The notes under the pieces are model-generated. The model was not told where the DNA came from. It saw nothing but the letters and a program-made list of their open reading frames with translations, and searched no databases. Below, piece by piece: positions 16,990 to 26,667 of a DNA stretch of 64,000 nt. The position numbers and the translations under genes were made by a program. Source of the DNA: Dehalococcoidia bacterium (GTDB lineage Bacteria; Chloroflexota; Dehalococcoidia; UBA2979); assembly GCA_963667515.2 (NCBI GenBank), contig CAXXXY010000007.1, positions 137,393 to 201,392 on the forward strand, written 5' to 3'. Numbering within the stretch: the stretch's first letter is position 1; each line of letters begins with the position of its first letter.

Positions 16990-17394
16990 GTGGCGGCGGC
17001 GCCCGGCACCGCGGGCGACGGCGGCGCGCTGGAGCGCGCGCTACTCGCTCGCGCGCTCGCCGCGCGCGACCCTGGGCGGCTGCAGCTGCGCTTCCGCGCC
17101 GCCGTCGTCGATCGCTACCGCGAGCGGGCCGGCGCCACGCTGCTGCGCACGCGCAGCGTGGGGCGCGTGGCGCTCCCCGGCCGCTGGTCGCTGGACGTGG
17201 GCCTCGCCGAGGGGCCGGACGGCGAGGCGCTGCTGCACCTCCCGGTCAGCGACCTCCTCGATCGGCTGCCCGAGGAGGAGCGGGAGCACTGGATCGCGCA
17301 CCTCGCGACGGGCCCGGTGAGCGAGAGCTACCTGCAGATGCGCATGACCCCCGCCGCCTGCATCGACGACGGCGAGCCCGGGGCCTGGGAGTAG
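16990..17394 (+). CDS. Hypothetical protein (134 aa) inside the sulfur-relay island
   Basis: Strongly GC3-biased frame, tight spacing to its neighbours, no motif I recognise. Confidence 0.6.
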   Translation: MAAAPGTAGDGGALERALLARALAARDPGRLQLRFRAAVVDRYRERAGATLLRTRSVGRVALPGRWSLDVGLAEGPDGEALLHLPVSDLLDRLPEEEREHWIAHLATGPVSESYLQMRMTPAACIDDGEPGAWE

Positions 17395-17402
17395 GGGACG
17401 CC

Positions 17403-17846
17403 GTGCCGCGCATCCCGCGCCCCGTCATCGACGCGATGATCGCGCACGCCCGGGGCGAGCTCCCCAACGAGGCGTGCGGGCTGCTGCACGAGGCGCCCGG
17501 CGGCGCGCTGGAGCTGCACCGCGTGCGCAACGTCGCGGCCAGCCCCTTCCGCTACGAGATGGACGGCCTGGAGCAGATGCGGCTGGAGGAGCGGCGCGAG
17601 CGGGAGGGCGAGCGGCTCTTCGCGATCTACCACTCGCACGTGGCGACGGAGGGCCGCCCCTCGCCGACGGACGTGCGCATGGCGTTCTTTCCGCCCGGCG
17701 AGCTGGAGCAGCCGCCGATGTACCCGGAGACGTGGTACGTGCTCGTCTCGTTCGCCCAGGAGCCGCCGCCCGTGCGCGCCTTCCACGTGCTGCAGGGCGG
17801 CGAGGTGGTGGAGGAGACCGTCGAGGTGGTCGAGGGCGGCGCGTGA
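17403..17846 (+). CDS. JAMM/MPN+ metalloprotease (Mec+-like)
   Basis: NEACGLL plus HSHVATEGRPSPTD (E..HxHx7Sx2D JAMM motif). Confidence 0.88.
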   Translation: MPRIPRPVIDAMIAHARGELPNEACGLLHEAPGGALELHRVRNVAASPFRYEMDGLEQMRLEERREREGERLFAIYHSHVATEGRPSPTDVRMAFFPPGELEQPPMYPETWYVLVSFAQEPPPVRAFHVLQGGEVVEETVEVVEGGA

Positions 17847-17853
17847 CGGCGCC

Positions 17854-18729
17854 GTGATCGCGCTGCCCGCGCCCATCGTCATCGGCGGACGGAGCTTCGC
17901 GTGGGGCGCGCGCAGCTACCTCGTCGGCGTGCTCAACGCGACGCCGGACTCCTTCTCGGGCGACGGGCTGCTCGACGCCGGGGCCGCGGCCGATCGCGCC
18001 GAGCGCCTCGTCGCCGAGGGCGCCGATCTGCTCGACATCGGCGCGGAGTCCACGCGACCCGGCTACGCGGGCGTCGATGCCGACGAGGAGTGGCGGCGCC
18101 TGGGGCCGGTGCTGCGCGCGGTGCGCGCTCGCGTCGACGCGCCGATCTCCGTCGACACCTCGAAGGCCGCGGTGGCGGAGCGCGCCTTCGAGGCGGGCGC
18201 CGACGCGCTCAACGACGTGCGCGGCCTGCGTGGCGACCCGCAGCTCGCTCCGCTGCTCGCGCGGGCGAGGCTGCCCGCGGTGCTGATGCACAACCAGCGC
18301 GGCCGCGGGCGCTCCGGCGATCCGATCGCGGACGCGCGCGCGGGGCTCGTCGAGTCGCTGCGCGCGGCCGAGGCGGCCGGCGTGCCGCCCGAGCGCGTGG
18401 TGCTCGACCCGGGCTTCGGCTTCGGCTGGGAGCCGGCGGAGAACCTGGAGCTGCTGCGCCGCCTGGGCGAGCTGCGCGCGCTGGGGCGGCCGCTGCTCGT
18501 CGGCACCTCGCGCAAGTCGACGATCGGGCTCGTGCTCGACGAGCCGGACGCGGCGCGCCGGCTGTGGGGCACGGCGGCGACGATGGCGCTGGCGGTGGCG
18601 GGCGGCGCCGACCTGCTGCGCGTGCACGACGTGGCCGAGATGGCGCAGGTGGCGCGCGTCGCGGATGCGGTCGTGCGCGGCTGGCCGCCTGCGGATCCGC
18701 CGACGAGCCCGCCCGCGAGCGCGACGTGA
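17854..18729 (+). CDS. folP: Dihydropteroate synthase
   Basis: [39 protein letters not shown] blocks. Confidence 0.9.
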   Translation: MIALPAPIVIGGRSFAWGARSYLVGVLNATPDSFSGDGLLDAGAAADRAERLVAEGADLLDIGAESTRPGYAGVDADEEWRRLGPVLRAVRARVDAPISVDTSKAAVAERAFEAGADALNDVRGLRGDPQLAPLLARARLPAVLMHNQRGRGRSGDPIADARAGLVESLRAAEAAGVPPERVVLDPGFGFGWEPAENLELLRRLGELRALGRPLLVGTSRKSTIGLVLDEPDAARRLWGTAATMALAVAGGADLLRVHDVAEMAQVARVADAVVRGWPPADPPTSPPASAT

Positions 18730-19304
18730 GCGCGCGCGAGCGCCCCGCGCGCCGCGGTCACCCCGCCCGCCCGGCGCGCCGCGTGTGGCTGGGCCTCGGC
18801 GCGAACCTCGGCGACCGCGCGGAGCAGCTCGCGCGCGCGATCGAGGCGCTGCGCAACGCCGGCGTCGCCGTCGATCGCGTCTCCTCGCTCTACGACACGC
18901 CGCCCTGGGGCGAGCCGCCGCCCGGCCTGCCCGCGCCGCCGCGCTACGCCAACGCCGTCTGCGGCGGCGAGCAGGCGCTCGCGGCCGCGGAGCTGCTGGC
19001 GGCGGCGAAGCGCATCGAGGCGGCGGCCGGCCGCGCGCTCGACGCGCCGCGCAACAGCCCGCGCCCGCTCGACATCGATCTGCTGCTGATCGCGGGCGAG
19101 GTGGTGGAGCAGCCGGAACTCGTCGTGCCGCACCCGCGCCTCCACGAGCGCGCCTTCGTGCTCGTGCCCCTCGCCGAGGTGGCGCCGATGGCGCGCCACC
19201 CGCTGCTCGGGCGCTCGGCCGCCGAGTTGCGCGACGCGCTCCCCGCCGAGGAGATCGCCGGCGTCGAGCGCATCGCGGTGCCGGGGTGGGAGCGCCGCGC
19301 GTGA
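18726..19304 (+). CDS. folK: 2-amino-4-hydroxy-6-hydroxymethyldihydropteridine pyrophosphokinase
   Basis: [49 protein letters not shown] overlap with folP. Confidence 0.88.
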   Translation: MSARERPARRGHPARPARRVWLGLGANLGDRAEQLARAIEALRNAGVAVDRVSSLYDTPPWGEPPPGLPAPPRYANAVCGGEQALAAAELLAAAKRIEAAAGRALDAPRNSPRPLDIDLLLIAGEVVEQPELVVPHPRLHERAFVLVPLAEVAPMARHPLLGRSAAELRDALPAEEIAGVERIAVPGWERRA

Positions 19305-19375
19305 GCGCCGCCGCCGCGGGGCCACCTCGGGCTAGGCTGAGAGGAGCAAGGCGGGGCCAACCGAGGAAGAGCACG

Positions 19376-19690
19376 ATGCTCGTTGAGCTGCTGTGGTTCG
19401 ACGGCTGCCCGCACCACCGCTCGGCACGTGCCTTGATCGACGAGGTGGCGGGGGAGCTCGGCGTGGCGCCGCGCGTCGAGGCGATCGAGGTGCCCGACGA
19501 GGTGACGGGCGACCGCGTCTGCTTCCCCGGCTCGCCGACGATCCGCGTCGACGGGGTCGACGTGGAGCCGGGCTGGGAGCCGTGCGCCGACTGCACGCCG
19601 CGCTGCCGCGTCTACGCCACGGCCGAGGGGCTGCGCGGGCTGCCGGAGCGCGAGTGGGTGGCGCGGGCGCTGCTGCGCGCGGCGGACTAG
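19376..19690 (+). CDS. Small Cys-containing protein, possibly thioredoxin-fold; function unknown
   Basis: 104 aa with DGCPHH, FPGSPTIRVDG and CADCTPRC. TAG stop 19688-19690 lies inside the IS flank CTAG. Confidence 0.55.
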   Translation: MLVELLWFDGCPHHRSARALIDEVAGELGVAPRVEAIEVPDEVTGDRVCFPGSPTIRVDGVDVEPGWEPCADCTPRCRVYATAEGLRGLPEREWVARALLRAAD

Positions 19691-20742
19691 CTGTACTACC
19701 CAGGAAGGTTGTTCACAGGCGGGAGGCGGGGACGGCCCCGCCGACGCCGCCGTGCGGTCGGCGGTGATTGTAGCGGTAGAGCCAGCGTGGGAGCTGGCGC
19801 AGCCGCTCGGCGTTGGAGCGGTAGGGGCGGGCGTAGGCCCACTCGTTCTGCAGGATCTGGATGAAACGCTCGGCTTTGCCGTTCGTCTGCGGGCGGTAGG
19901 GCCGCGTGTGCGACAGCCGCACGTCTGCGGCAGCGGCGGCGCCGTGGAAGCTGCGGGCGACGGTGTAGGCCTTCGCGTTGTCGGTCAGGACCCGGCGCAC
20001 GCGCACGCCACGCCGGCGGAAGGCCGCGAGCGCCTGCTCGAGGAAGGCGGCGCAGCTCGCGCCACGCTCGTCGGGCAGGACGGAGACGTAGGCGTAACGG
20101 CTGTGGTCGTCGACGGCGACGTGTAGGTACTCCAGCCCCAGCGAACGCCGCGAATGCGGCCCGGAGCGCGTCTCGGCGAAGCCAGGCGCCATTCGCTTGC
20201 CGCCGCCCTCGGGGACGCGCCCGAGCTTCTTCACGTCGAGATGCAGCAGGTCGCCGGGGGCGTCGTGCTCGTAGCGGACCGGCTCCCGGGTGACGCGGTG
20301 CAGGCGGTCGAGCCGGTTGAGGCCGCGGCGCCGCAGCACGGCGTAGACCGTGGAGCGGGCGACCCCGAGCGCCCACTGGATGCGATGCGGCCCGAATCCC
20401 TGCGTGCGTCGCACGGCGCAGATGCGTCGCTCCAGCTCGGGCGGCGTGCGCCGGGGATGCGCGCGCGGGGCGGAGCTGCGGTCCTCGAGCCCTGCCGCTC
20501 CCTCCGCCCGGAAGCGCCCCAGCCACTTGGCAACGGTGTGGCGGGAGACGCGGAAGTGGCGAGCGACCTCAGCCTGGGGCCAGCCGGCGTCCACTTCCCG
20601 CACGAGCTCGAGTCGGGTCAGCGGCGTCAGCCGCGCGTTACGATGGGCCATGAGGGTGTCCTCTCCTCGCTACTGCCGTGCTGTCACACACAGCAGCGGG
20701 CGAGGCCCCTCATCCTGTCAACAACCTACGTGGGAACTACAG
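19691..20742 (-). mobile_element. IS481-family insertion sequence, copy 3 (1052 bp)
   Basis: Same ends in inverted orientation. CTAG at 19687-19690 and 20743-20746. Confidence 0.93.
19713..20651 (-). CDS. IS481-family DDE transposase (312 aa)
   Basis: Protein identical to copy 1. Confidence 0.93.
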   Translation of the reverse strand: MAHRNARLTPLTRLELVREVDAGWPQAEVARHFRVSRHTVAKWLGRFRAEGAAGLEDRSSAPRAHPRRTPPELERRICAVRRTQGFGPHRIQWALGVARSTVYAVLRRRGLNRLDRLHRVTREPVRYEHDAPGDLLHLDVKKLGRVPEGGGKRMAPGFAETRSGPHSRRSLGLEYLHVAVDDHSRYAYVSVLPDERGASCAAFLEQALAAFRRRGVRVRRVLTDNAKAYTVARSFHGAAAAADVRLSHTRPYRPQTNGKAERFIQILQNEWAYARPYRSNAERLRQLPRWLYRYNHRRPHGGVGGAVPASRL

Positions 20743-21042
20743 CTAGCCCGCGGCGGGGGGCGTGGCGGCGGGCGCCTCCTCGGGCGCGGCGCCGGGCTCG
20801 TGCGCGGGGGCGGGTGGGTAGTCGGGCGCGTCGCCGAAGCGCGCGGTCGCCATCGTGTAGCCGACCCAGAACGCCAGCGCCGAGACGACGGCGAGCGCCG
20901 CGAGCAGCGGGATCGCGAGCGTCGCGTACAAGCGCCGGCGCACGCCCAGCAGGAACAGCACGAGCTGCAGCACCGAGCCCACCATCAGCGCCCGACCGAG
21001 CAGCCGCGCGCGCTCCTCCACCACGATCGCCTGGATGCTCAT
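20743..21042 (-). CDS. Small membrane protein (99 aa), unknown function
   Basis: MSIQAIVVEE.. followed by two hydrophobic helices. ATGA overlap with the upstream Trm112-like gene. Its stop (CTA on the plus strand, 20743-20745) is inside the IS flank CTAG. Confidence 0.6.
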   Translation of the reverse strand: MSIQAIVVEERARLLGRALMVGSVLQLVLFLLGVRRRLYATLAIPLLAALAVVSALAFWVGYTMATARFGDAPDYPPAPAHEPGAAPEEAPAATPPAAG

Positions 21043-21251
21043 GCGCCGTCCCGCATGTCGGGCGGCAGCAGGTTGGGGATGCCGTCGGCGATCGGGTAGC
21101 GCTCGTCGCAGCCGGTGCAGCGCAGCGAGCCATCGAGCACGTCGTCGTCGTCCTCGCGCTCGACGGTGAGCTCCAGCTCCGCCTTGCAGACGGGGCAGGC
21201 GAGGATCTCCATCATCTCGCGGCGCATCGGCTTCCCCCGCTGCTCGCGCAT
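21039..21251 (-). CDS. Trm112-family zinc-ribbon protein
   Basis: MEILACPVCKAELEL..LRCTGCDERYPIADGIPNLL. The true start may be an internal Met. Confidence 0.8.
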   Translation of the reverse strand: MREQRGKPMRREMMEILACPVCKAELELTVEREDDDDVLDGSLRCTGCDERYPIADGIPNLLPPDMRDGA

Positions 21252-21352
21252 GGTCGCGCGCTCGATGATAGGGACGGCGCGCGCCCGGCGGCAAACCCGC
21301 GCCGCGCCGGCCGAGCGGGGGCGGTTGCCAGGGCGGTTGGTAGACTCCGCGC

Positions 21353-22144
<792 letters not shown>

Positions 22145-23196
22145 CTGTACTACCCAGGAAGGTTGTTCACAGGCGGGAGGCGGGGACGGCCCCGCCGACG
22201 CCGCCGTGCGGTCGGCGGTGATTGTAGCGGTAGAGCCAGCGTGGGAGCTGGCGCAGCCGCTCGGCGTTGGAGCGGTAGGGGCGGGCGTAGGCCCACTCGT
22301 TCTGCAGGATCTGGATGAAACGCTCGGCTTTGCCGTTCGTCTGCGGGCGGTAGGGCCGCGTGTGCGACAGCCGCACGTCTGCGGCGGCGGCGGCGCCGTG
22401 GAAGCTGCGGGCGACGGTGTAGGCCTTCGCGTTGTCGGTCAGGACCCGGCGCACGCGCACGCCACGCCGGCGGAAGGCCGCGAGCGCCTGCTCGAGGAAG
22501 GCGGCGCAGCTCGCGCCACGCTCGTCGGGCAGGACGGAGACGTAGGCGTAACGGCTGTGGTCGTCGACGGCGACGTGTAGGTACTCCAGCCCCAGCGAAC
22601 GCCGCGAATGCGGCCCGGAGCGCGTCTCGGCGAAGCCAGGCGCCATTCGCTTGCCGCCGCCCTCGGGGACGCGCCCGAGCTTCTTCACGTCGAGATGCAG
22701 CAGGTCGCCGGGGGCGTCGTGCTCGTAGCGGACCGGCTCCCGGGTGACGCGGTGCAGGCGGTCGAGCCGGTTGAGGCCGCGGCGCCGCAGCACGGCGTAG
22801 ACCGTGGAGCGGGCGACCCCGAGCGCCCACTGGATGCGATGCGGCCCGAATCCCTGCGTGCGTCGCACGGCGCAGATGCGTCGCTCCAGCTCGGGCGGCG
22901 TGCGCCGGGGATGCGCGCGCGGGGCGGAGCTGCGGTCCTCGAGCCCTGCCGCTCCCTCCGCCCGGAAGCGCCCCAGCCACTTGGCAACGGTGTGGCGGGA
23001 GACGCGGAAGTGGCGAGCGACCTCAGCCTGGGGCCAGCCGGCGTCCACTTCCCGCACGAGCTCGAGTCGGGTCAGCGGCGTCAGCCGCGCGTTACGATGG
23101 GCCATGAGGGTGTCCTCTCCTCGCTACTGCCGTGCTGTCACACACAGCAGCGGGCGAGGCCCCTCATCCTGTCAACAACCTACGTGGGAACTACAG
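22145..23196 (-). mobile_element. IS481-family insertion sequence, copy 4 (1052 bp)
   Basis: Same ends. CTAG at 22141-22144 and 23197-23200. One synonymous difference from copy 3 was noticed. Confidence 0.93.
22167..23105 (-). CDS. IS481-family DDE transposase (312 aa)
   Basis: Protein identical to copies 1 and 3. Confidence 0.93.
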   Translation of the reverse strand: MAHRNARLTPLTRLELVREVDAGWPQAEVARHFRVSRHTVAKWLGRFRAEGAAGLEDRSSAPRAHPRRTPPELERRICAVRRTQGFGPHRIQWALGVARSTVYAVLRRRGLNRLDRLHRVTREPVRYEHDAPGDLLHLDVKKLGRVPEGGGKRMAPGFAETRSGPHSRRSLGLEYLHVAVDDHSRYAYVSVLPDERGASCAAFLEQALAAFRRRGVRVRRVLTDNAKAYTVARSFHGAAAAADVRLSHTRPYRPQTNGKAERFIQILQNEWAYARPYRSNAERLRQLPRWLYRYNHRRPHGGVGGAVPASRL

Positions 23197-23204
23197 CTAG
23201 CGGC

Positions 23205-23684
23205 GTGGCGAGCGCGGAGAGCGGCGCGCCGCGAGGCGAGCGCGACGCCGAGGCGGAGCTGCCGACGTCGCTGCGGCTGCTGCGCGACGCGCGCTCGGTG
23301 GCGGTGGTGGCTCGCTCGCCGCGGCTCGACCGGCCGTGGCACCGCATCGCGAGCTACCTCGTGAGCGCGGGCTACGAGGTGCAGCTCGTGAACCCGGAGC
23401 TCGACGAAGCGCTGGGCCGCCGCTGCTACGACCGCGTGCAGGACCTGCCTGAGCCCGTCGACCTTGTTGATGTCTTCCGCCGCGGGCCGCAGACGCCGCC
23501 CGTCGCCGAGGACGCGGTGGCGGCGGGGGCGGGCGCGCTCTGGCTGCAGCTCGGCATCGTCAGCGCGCGCGCCGAGGAGATCGCGCGGACGGGCGGGCTG
23601 GAGGTGGTGATGGACCGCTGCACGCTGATCGAGCACCAGCGGCTGCGCGCGCTCGGCGTGGAGGCGCCCCGCCCGCGGGGCTGA
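23205..23684 (+). CDS. CoA-binding domain protein (YccU/YneT-like)
   Basis: ARSVAVVARSPRLDRPWHRIASYL..VDLVDVFRR..GAGALWLQLG. The only in-frame start after the IS is GTG 23205, 5 nt past the CTAG. Confidence 0.7.
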   Translation: MASAESGAPRGERDAEAELPTSLRLLRDARSVAVVARSPRLDRPWHRIASYLVSAGYEVQLVNPELDEALGRRCYDRVQDLPEPVDLVDVFRRGPQTPPVAEDAVAAGAGALWLQLGIVSARAEEIARTGGLEVVMDRCTLIEHQRLRALGVEAPRPRG

Positions 23685-23768
23685 TCGGCGGGTCGGCTCG
23701 GCCTCGCCGAGCCGCGGGGCGACCGGCCTCGCCGTCGGGCTCGGGCGCGCCGGGGGGCCGGGGGGCCG

Positions 23769-23777
23769 TGATACACT
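23769..23777 (+). promoter_or_regulatory. Possible extended -10 (TGaTACACT) upstream of purF
   Basis: Lies 31 nt upstream of the purF start. No clear -35. Confidence 0.3.
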
Positions 23778-23807
23778 CGGCACCCACAGGCAGGGACGGG
23801 AGCCCCC

Positions 23808-25277
23808 GTGATCCCGAGCCTCGCCGAGAAGTGCGGTGTCTTCGGCGTCTACGCGCCGGGCGAGGACGTCGCACGCCTCACCTTCTTCGGCCTCTACGCG
23901 CTCCAACACCGCGGGCAAGAGTCCGCGGGCATCGCCACCACCGACGGCGAGCAGCTGCACCTCTACGCGCGCATGGGCCTCGTCTCGCAGGTCTTCCACG
24001 AGCAGGCGCTGGCCTCGCTGCCCGGCTTCGCGGCGGTGGGCCACACCCGCTACTCGACGACGGGCTCCTCGATCGAGGGCAACGCGCAGCCGATCGTCGC
24101 GGAGGGCCCCGCCGGGCGGATCGCGGTCGCGCACAACGGCAACGTCATCAACGCCGATCTGCTGCGCGCCGACCTGGAGGCGCAGGGCGTCGAGTTCCAC
24201 GGCACGAGCGACACCGAGGTGGTGGCGGAGCTCCTGGTCGGCGCACCCGGCGCCGGCTGGGAGGAGCGCATCGCCCACGTCATGCGGCGGCTGAACGGCG
24301 CCTACTCGCTGACGATCCTCACCAGCGACGCGGTGTTCGCCGTGCGCGACCCGCTGGGCGTGCGGCCGCTGGCGATCGGGCGGCTGAATGGCGGGGAGCT
24401 GGGTAACGGGTCGGCGAAGGGCTGGGTCTTCGCCTCCGAGAGCTGCGCGCTCGACCACCTCGGCGCGGAGCTGGTGCGCGAGCTGGAGCCCGGCGAAGTG
24501 GTGCGCGCCGACGCGCTCGGGCTGCAGTCGACGCAGGCGCTGCCGCCGAAGCGCCGCGCGCTGTGCATGCTGGAGTACGTCTACTTCGCGCGGCCGGACT
24601 CGCGGCTGGGCGGGGAGCTGGTGCACCCCGTGCGGATGGAGATGGGCGCCGAGCTCTCGCGCGAGCACCCCGTGGACGCCGACCTCGTGATCGGCGTGCC
24701 CGACTCGGCGACGGCCGCCGCCATCGGCTACGCGCGCGCCTCCGGCATCCCCTACGGCGAGGCTTTGATCAAGAACCGCTACGTCGGCCGCACCTTCATC
24801 CAGCCCGACCAGCGGCTGCGCGAGCGCGGCGTGCTGCTGAAGTTCAACCCCCTGCCGGAGCTGCTGGTCGGCAAGCGCGTGGTGGTCGTGGACGACTCGA
24901 TCGTGCGCGCGACGACCACGCCACGCGTGGTGGCGATGCTACGGCGGGCCGGCGCCAGCGAGGTGCACATGCGCATCACCTCGCCGCCGATCACGCACCC
25001 GTGCTTCTACGGCGTCGACATGGCCTCGCGCGCCGAGCTGATCGCCGCGCACCAGAGCGTCGAGGAGATCCGCCAGCACATCGACGCGGACACCCTCGGC
25101 TACCTCTCCGTGGAGGGCACGATCGAGGCCACCCGGCAGGGGCCGGGCGCGCTCTGCACGGCCTGCTTCACGGGCGAGTACCCCGGCGCGGTGCCGCTGC
25201 AGTTCGACAAGTTCGTGCTGGAGACTAACGGCACGCGTGACCGGCACGCGGTGCCGCTGGCGCCCGTCGGCTCCTGA
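23808..25277 (+). CDS. purF: Amidophosphoribosyltransferase
   Basis: N-terminal nucleophile CGVFGVY, LQHRGQESAGIA, PRTase loop VVVVDDSIVRATT. Confidence 0.92.
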   Translation: MIPSLAEKCGVFGVYAPGEDVARLTFFGLYALQHRGQESAGIATTDGEQLHLYARMGLVSQVFHEQALASLPGFAAVGHTRYSTTGSSIEGNAQPIVAEGPAGRIAVAHNGNVINADLLRADLEAQGVEFHGTSDTEVVAELLVGAPGAGWEERIAHVMRRLNGAYSLTILTSDAVFAVRDPLGVRPLAIGRLNGGELGNGSAKGWVFASESCALDHLGAELVRELEPGEVVRADALGLQSTQALPPKRRALCMLEYVYFARPDSRLGGELVHPVRMEMGAELSREHPVDADLVIGVPDSATAAAIGYARASGIPYGEALIKNRYVGRTFIQPDQRLRERGVLLKFNPLPELLVGKRVVVVDDSIVRATTTPRVVAMLRRAGASEVHMRITSPPITHPCFYGVDMASRAELIAAHQSVEEIRQHIDADTLGYLSVEGTIEATRQGPGALCTACFTGEYPGAVPLQFDKFVLETNGTRDRHAVPLAPVGS

Positions 25278-25475
25278 CGCCCGCGCCCCGGGGCCTCGCG
25301 TCTCGGAGGCTCGCGTCTCGGAGCTCTGTCCGGCGGGGCCGCGTGTTGCCCCGGAGCCGGGTGCGGCGTGGGGAGCGGCGCGGCTTTCCTCTAGCGGGCG
25401 TCGACCCTACGGTGCGCGGGCCGGACGTCCGCGGCGACACGGCGGGCGGAGTTCCTCCCCGGGAACGGCGGACGC

Positions 25476-26579
25476 GTGACCTCGCAGGGCTCTGAGGGCG
25501 GTGGGGCGGGTGACCGCGTCGGTGGAGGCGCGGCGCCGGCGCTGAGCTACGCCACGGCGGGCGTCGACATCGACGCGGCCGAGCGCACCGTCGAGCGCTA
25601 CGCCGAGCTGGCCGCGCGCACGCGCCGCCCCGAGGTGCTGGCCGACGTCGGTCCCTTCGCGGGGCTCTTCCGCCTGCCGGGGGGCTTCCGCGACCCCGTG
25701 CTGGTCGCGAGCACGGACTCGGTGGGGACGAAGCTGCTGGTGGCGGCGGCGCTCGATCGCTACGACACCGTGGGCCGCGACCTCGTGAACCACTGCGTGA
25801 ACGACGTGCTCACGGCCGGCGCCGAGCCGCTCTTCGTCCTCGACTACATCGCCACCGCCGACCTCTCGCAGGAGCGCCGCGTGCAGCTGGTGGCGGGCGT
25901 CGCGGCCGCCTGCGAGGAGAACGGCGCGGCGCTGCTGGGCGGCGAGACGGCCGACCTGCCGGGCGTCTACCTCCCCGGCGCGTACGACCTCGTGGGCACG
26001 GCGATCGGCGTCGTGGAGCGGGACGCCGTGATCGACGGCTCGCGCGTGGCGGCCGGCGACGCGCTGATCGCGCTCCCCTCGAGCGGCATGCAGACCAACG
26101 GCTACTCGCTGGTGCGGCGGCTGTGGGGCATCGGCGAGGACCCGGCGCGCGACCGCGCTCTGCTCATGGCGCACGACGAGGAGCTGGGCGGCTCGCTGGG
26201 CGACGCGCTGCTCGCCGTGCATGGCTCCTTCCTCGCGGCGCTGCGGCCGCTGCTCGGGCGGCCGGGCGGCCCGCTGCACGGCATCGCGCACATCACCGGC
26301 GGCGGGCTCCCCGGCAACCTCTCGCGCATCGTGCCGGCAGGGCTCGCCGCGCGCGTCGACCGCGGGAGCTGGCGGCCGCCGCCGCTCTTCCAGCGCATCC
26401 GCCGCGACGGGGAGCTGCCCGCCGAGGAGATGTGGCGCACGTTCAACATGGGCGTCGGGCTGGTGCTCGCCGTGGACGCCGAGGAGGCGCAGGCGGTGGC
26501 GCGCGAGCTCGAGGGGAGTTGGCTGCTCGGCGAGGTCGTCGAGCGTGCGGAGGGCGCGGCGGTCGTCACGATCGGGTAG
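25476..26579 (+). CDS. purM: Phosphoribosylformylglycinamidine cyclo-ligase (AIR synthetase)
   Basis: VASTDSVGTKLLVA, DLVNHCVNDVLTAGAEPLFVLDYIA, GMQTNGYSL, AHITGGGL. Confidence 0.9.
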   Translation: MTSQGSEGGGAGDRVGGGAAPALSYATAGVDIDAAERTVERYAELAARTRRPEVLADVGPFAGLFRLPGGFRDPVLVASTDSVGTKLLVAAALDRYDTVGRDLVNHCVNDVLTAGAEPLFVLDYIATADLSQERRVQLVAGVAAACEENGAALLGGETADLPGVYLPGAYDLVGTAIGVVERDAVIDGSRVAAGDALIALPSSGMQTNGYSLVRRLWGIGEDPARDRALLMAHDEELGGSLGDALLAVHGSFLAALRPLLGRPGGPLHGIAHITGGGLPGNLSRIVPAGLAARVDRGSWRPPPLFQRIRRDGELPAEEMWRTFNMGVGLVLAVDAEEAQAVARELEGSWLLGEVVERAEGAAVVTIG

Positions 26580-26667
26580 CAGCAGGGCGCGTAGCAGGGG
26601 CGCGTAGCGCGGCACGGGTGCGCGGCGCCGTGTGAGCGGGGGCGCCGCGGGGGCGAGGGGGAGGCGG

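Noticed and set aside
25295-25323. Direct 14-nt repeat CTCGCGTCTCGGAG x2 between purF and purM. A similar CCCGGGCGGCGTGC x2 occurs at 56026-56056.
   Set aside because: These are short two-copy duplications without a further pattern, most likely slippage remnants.
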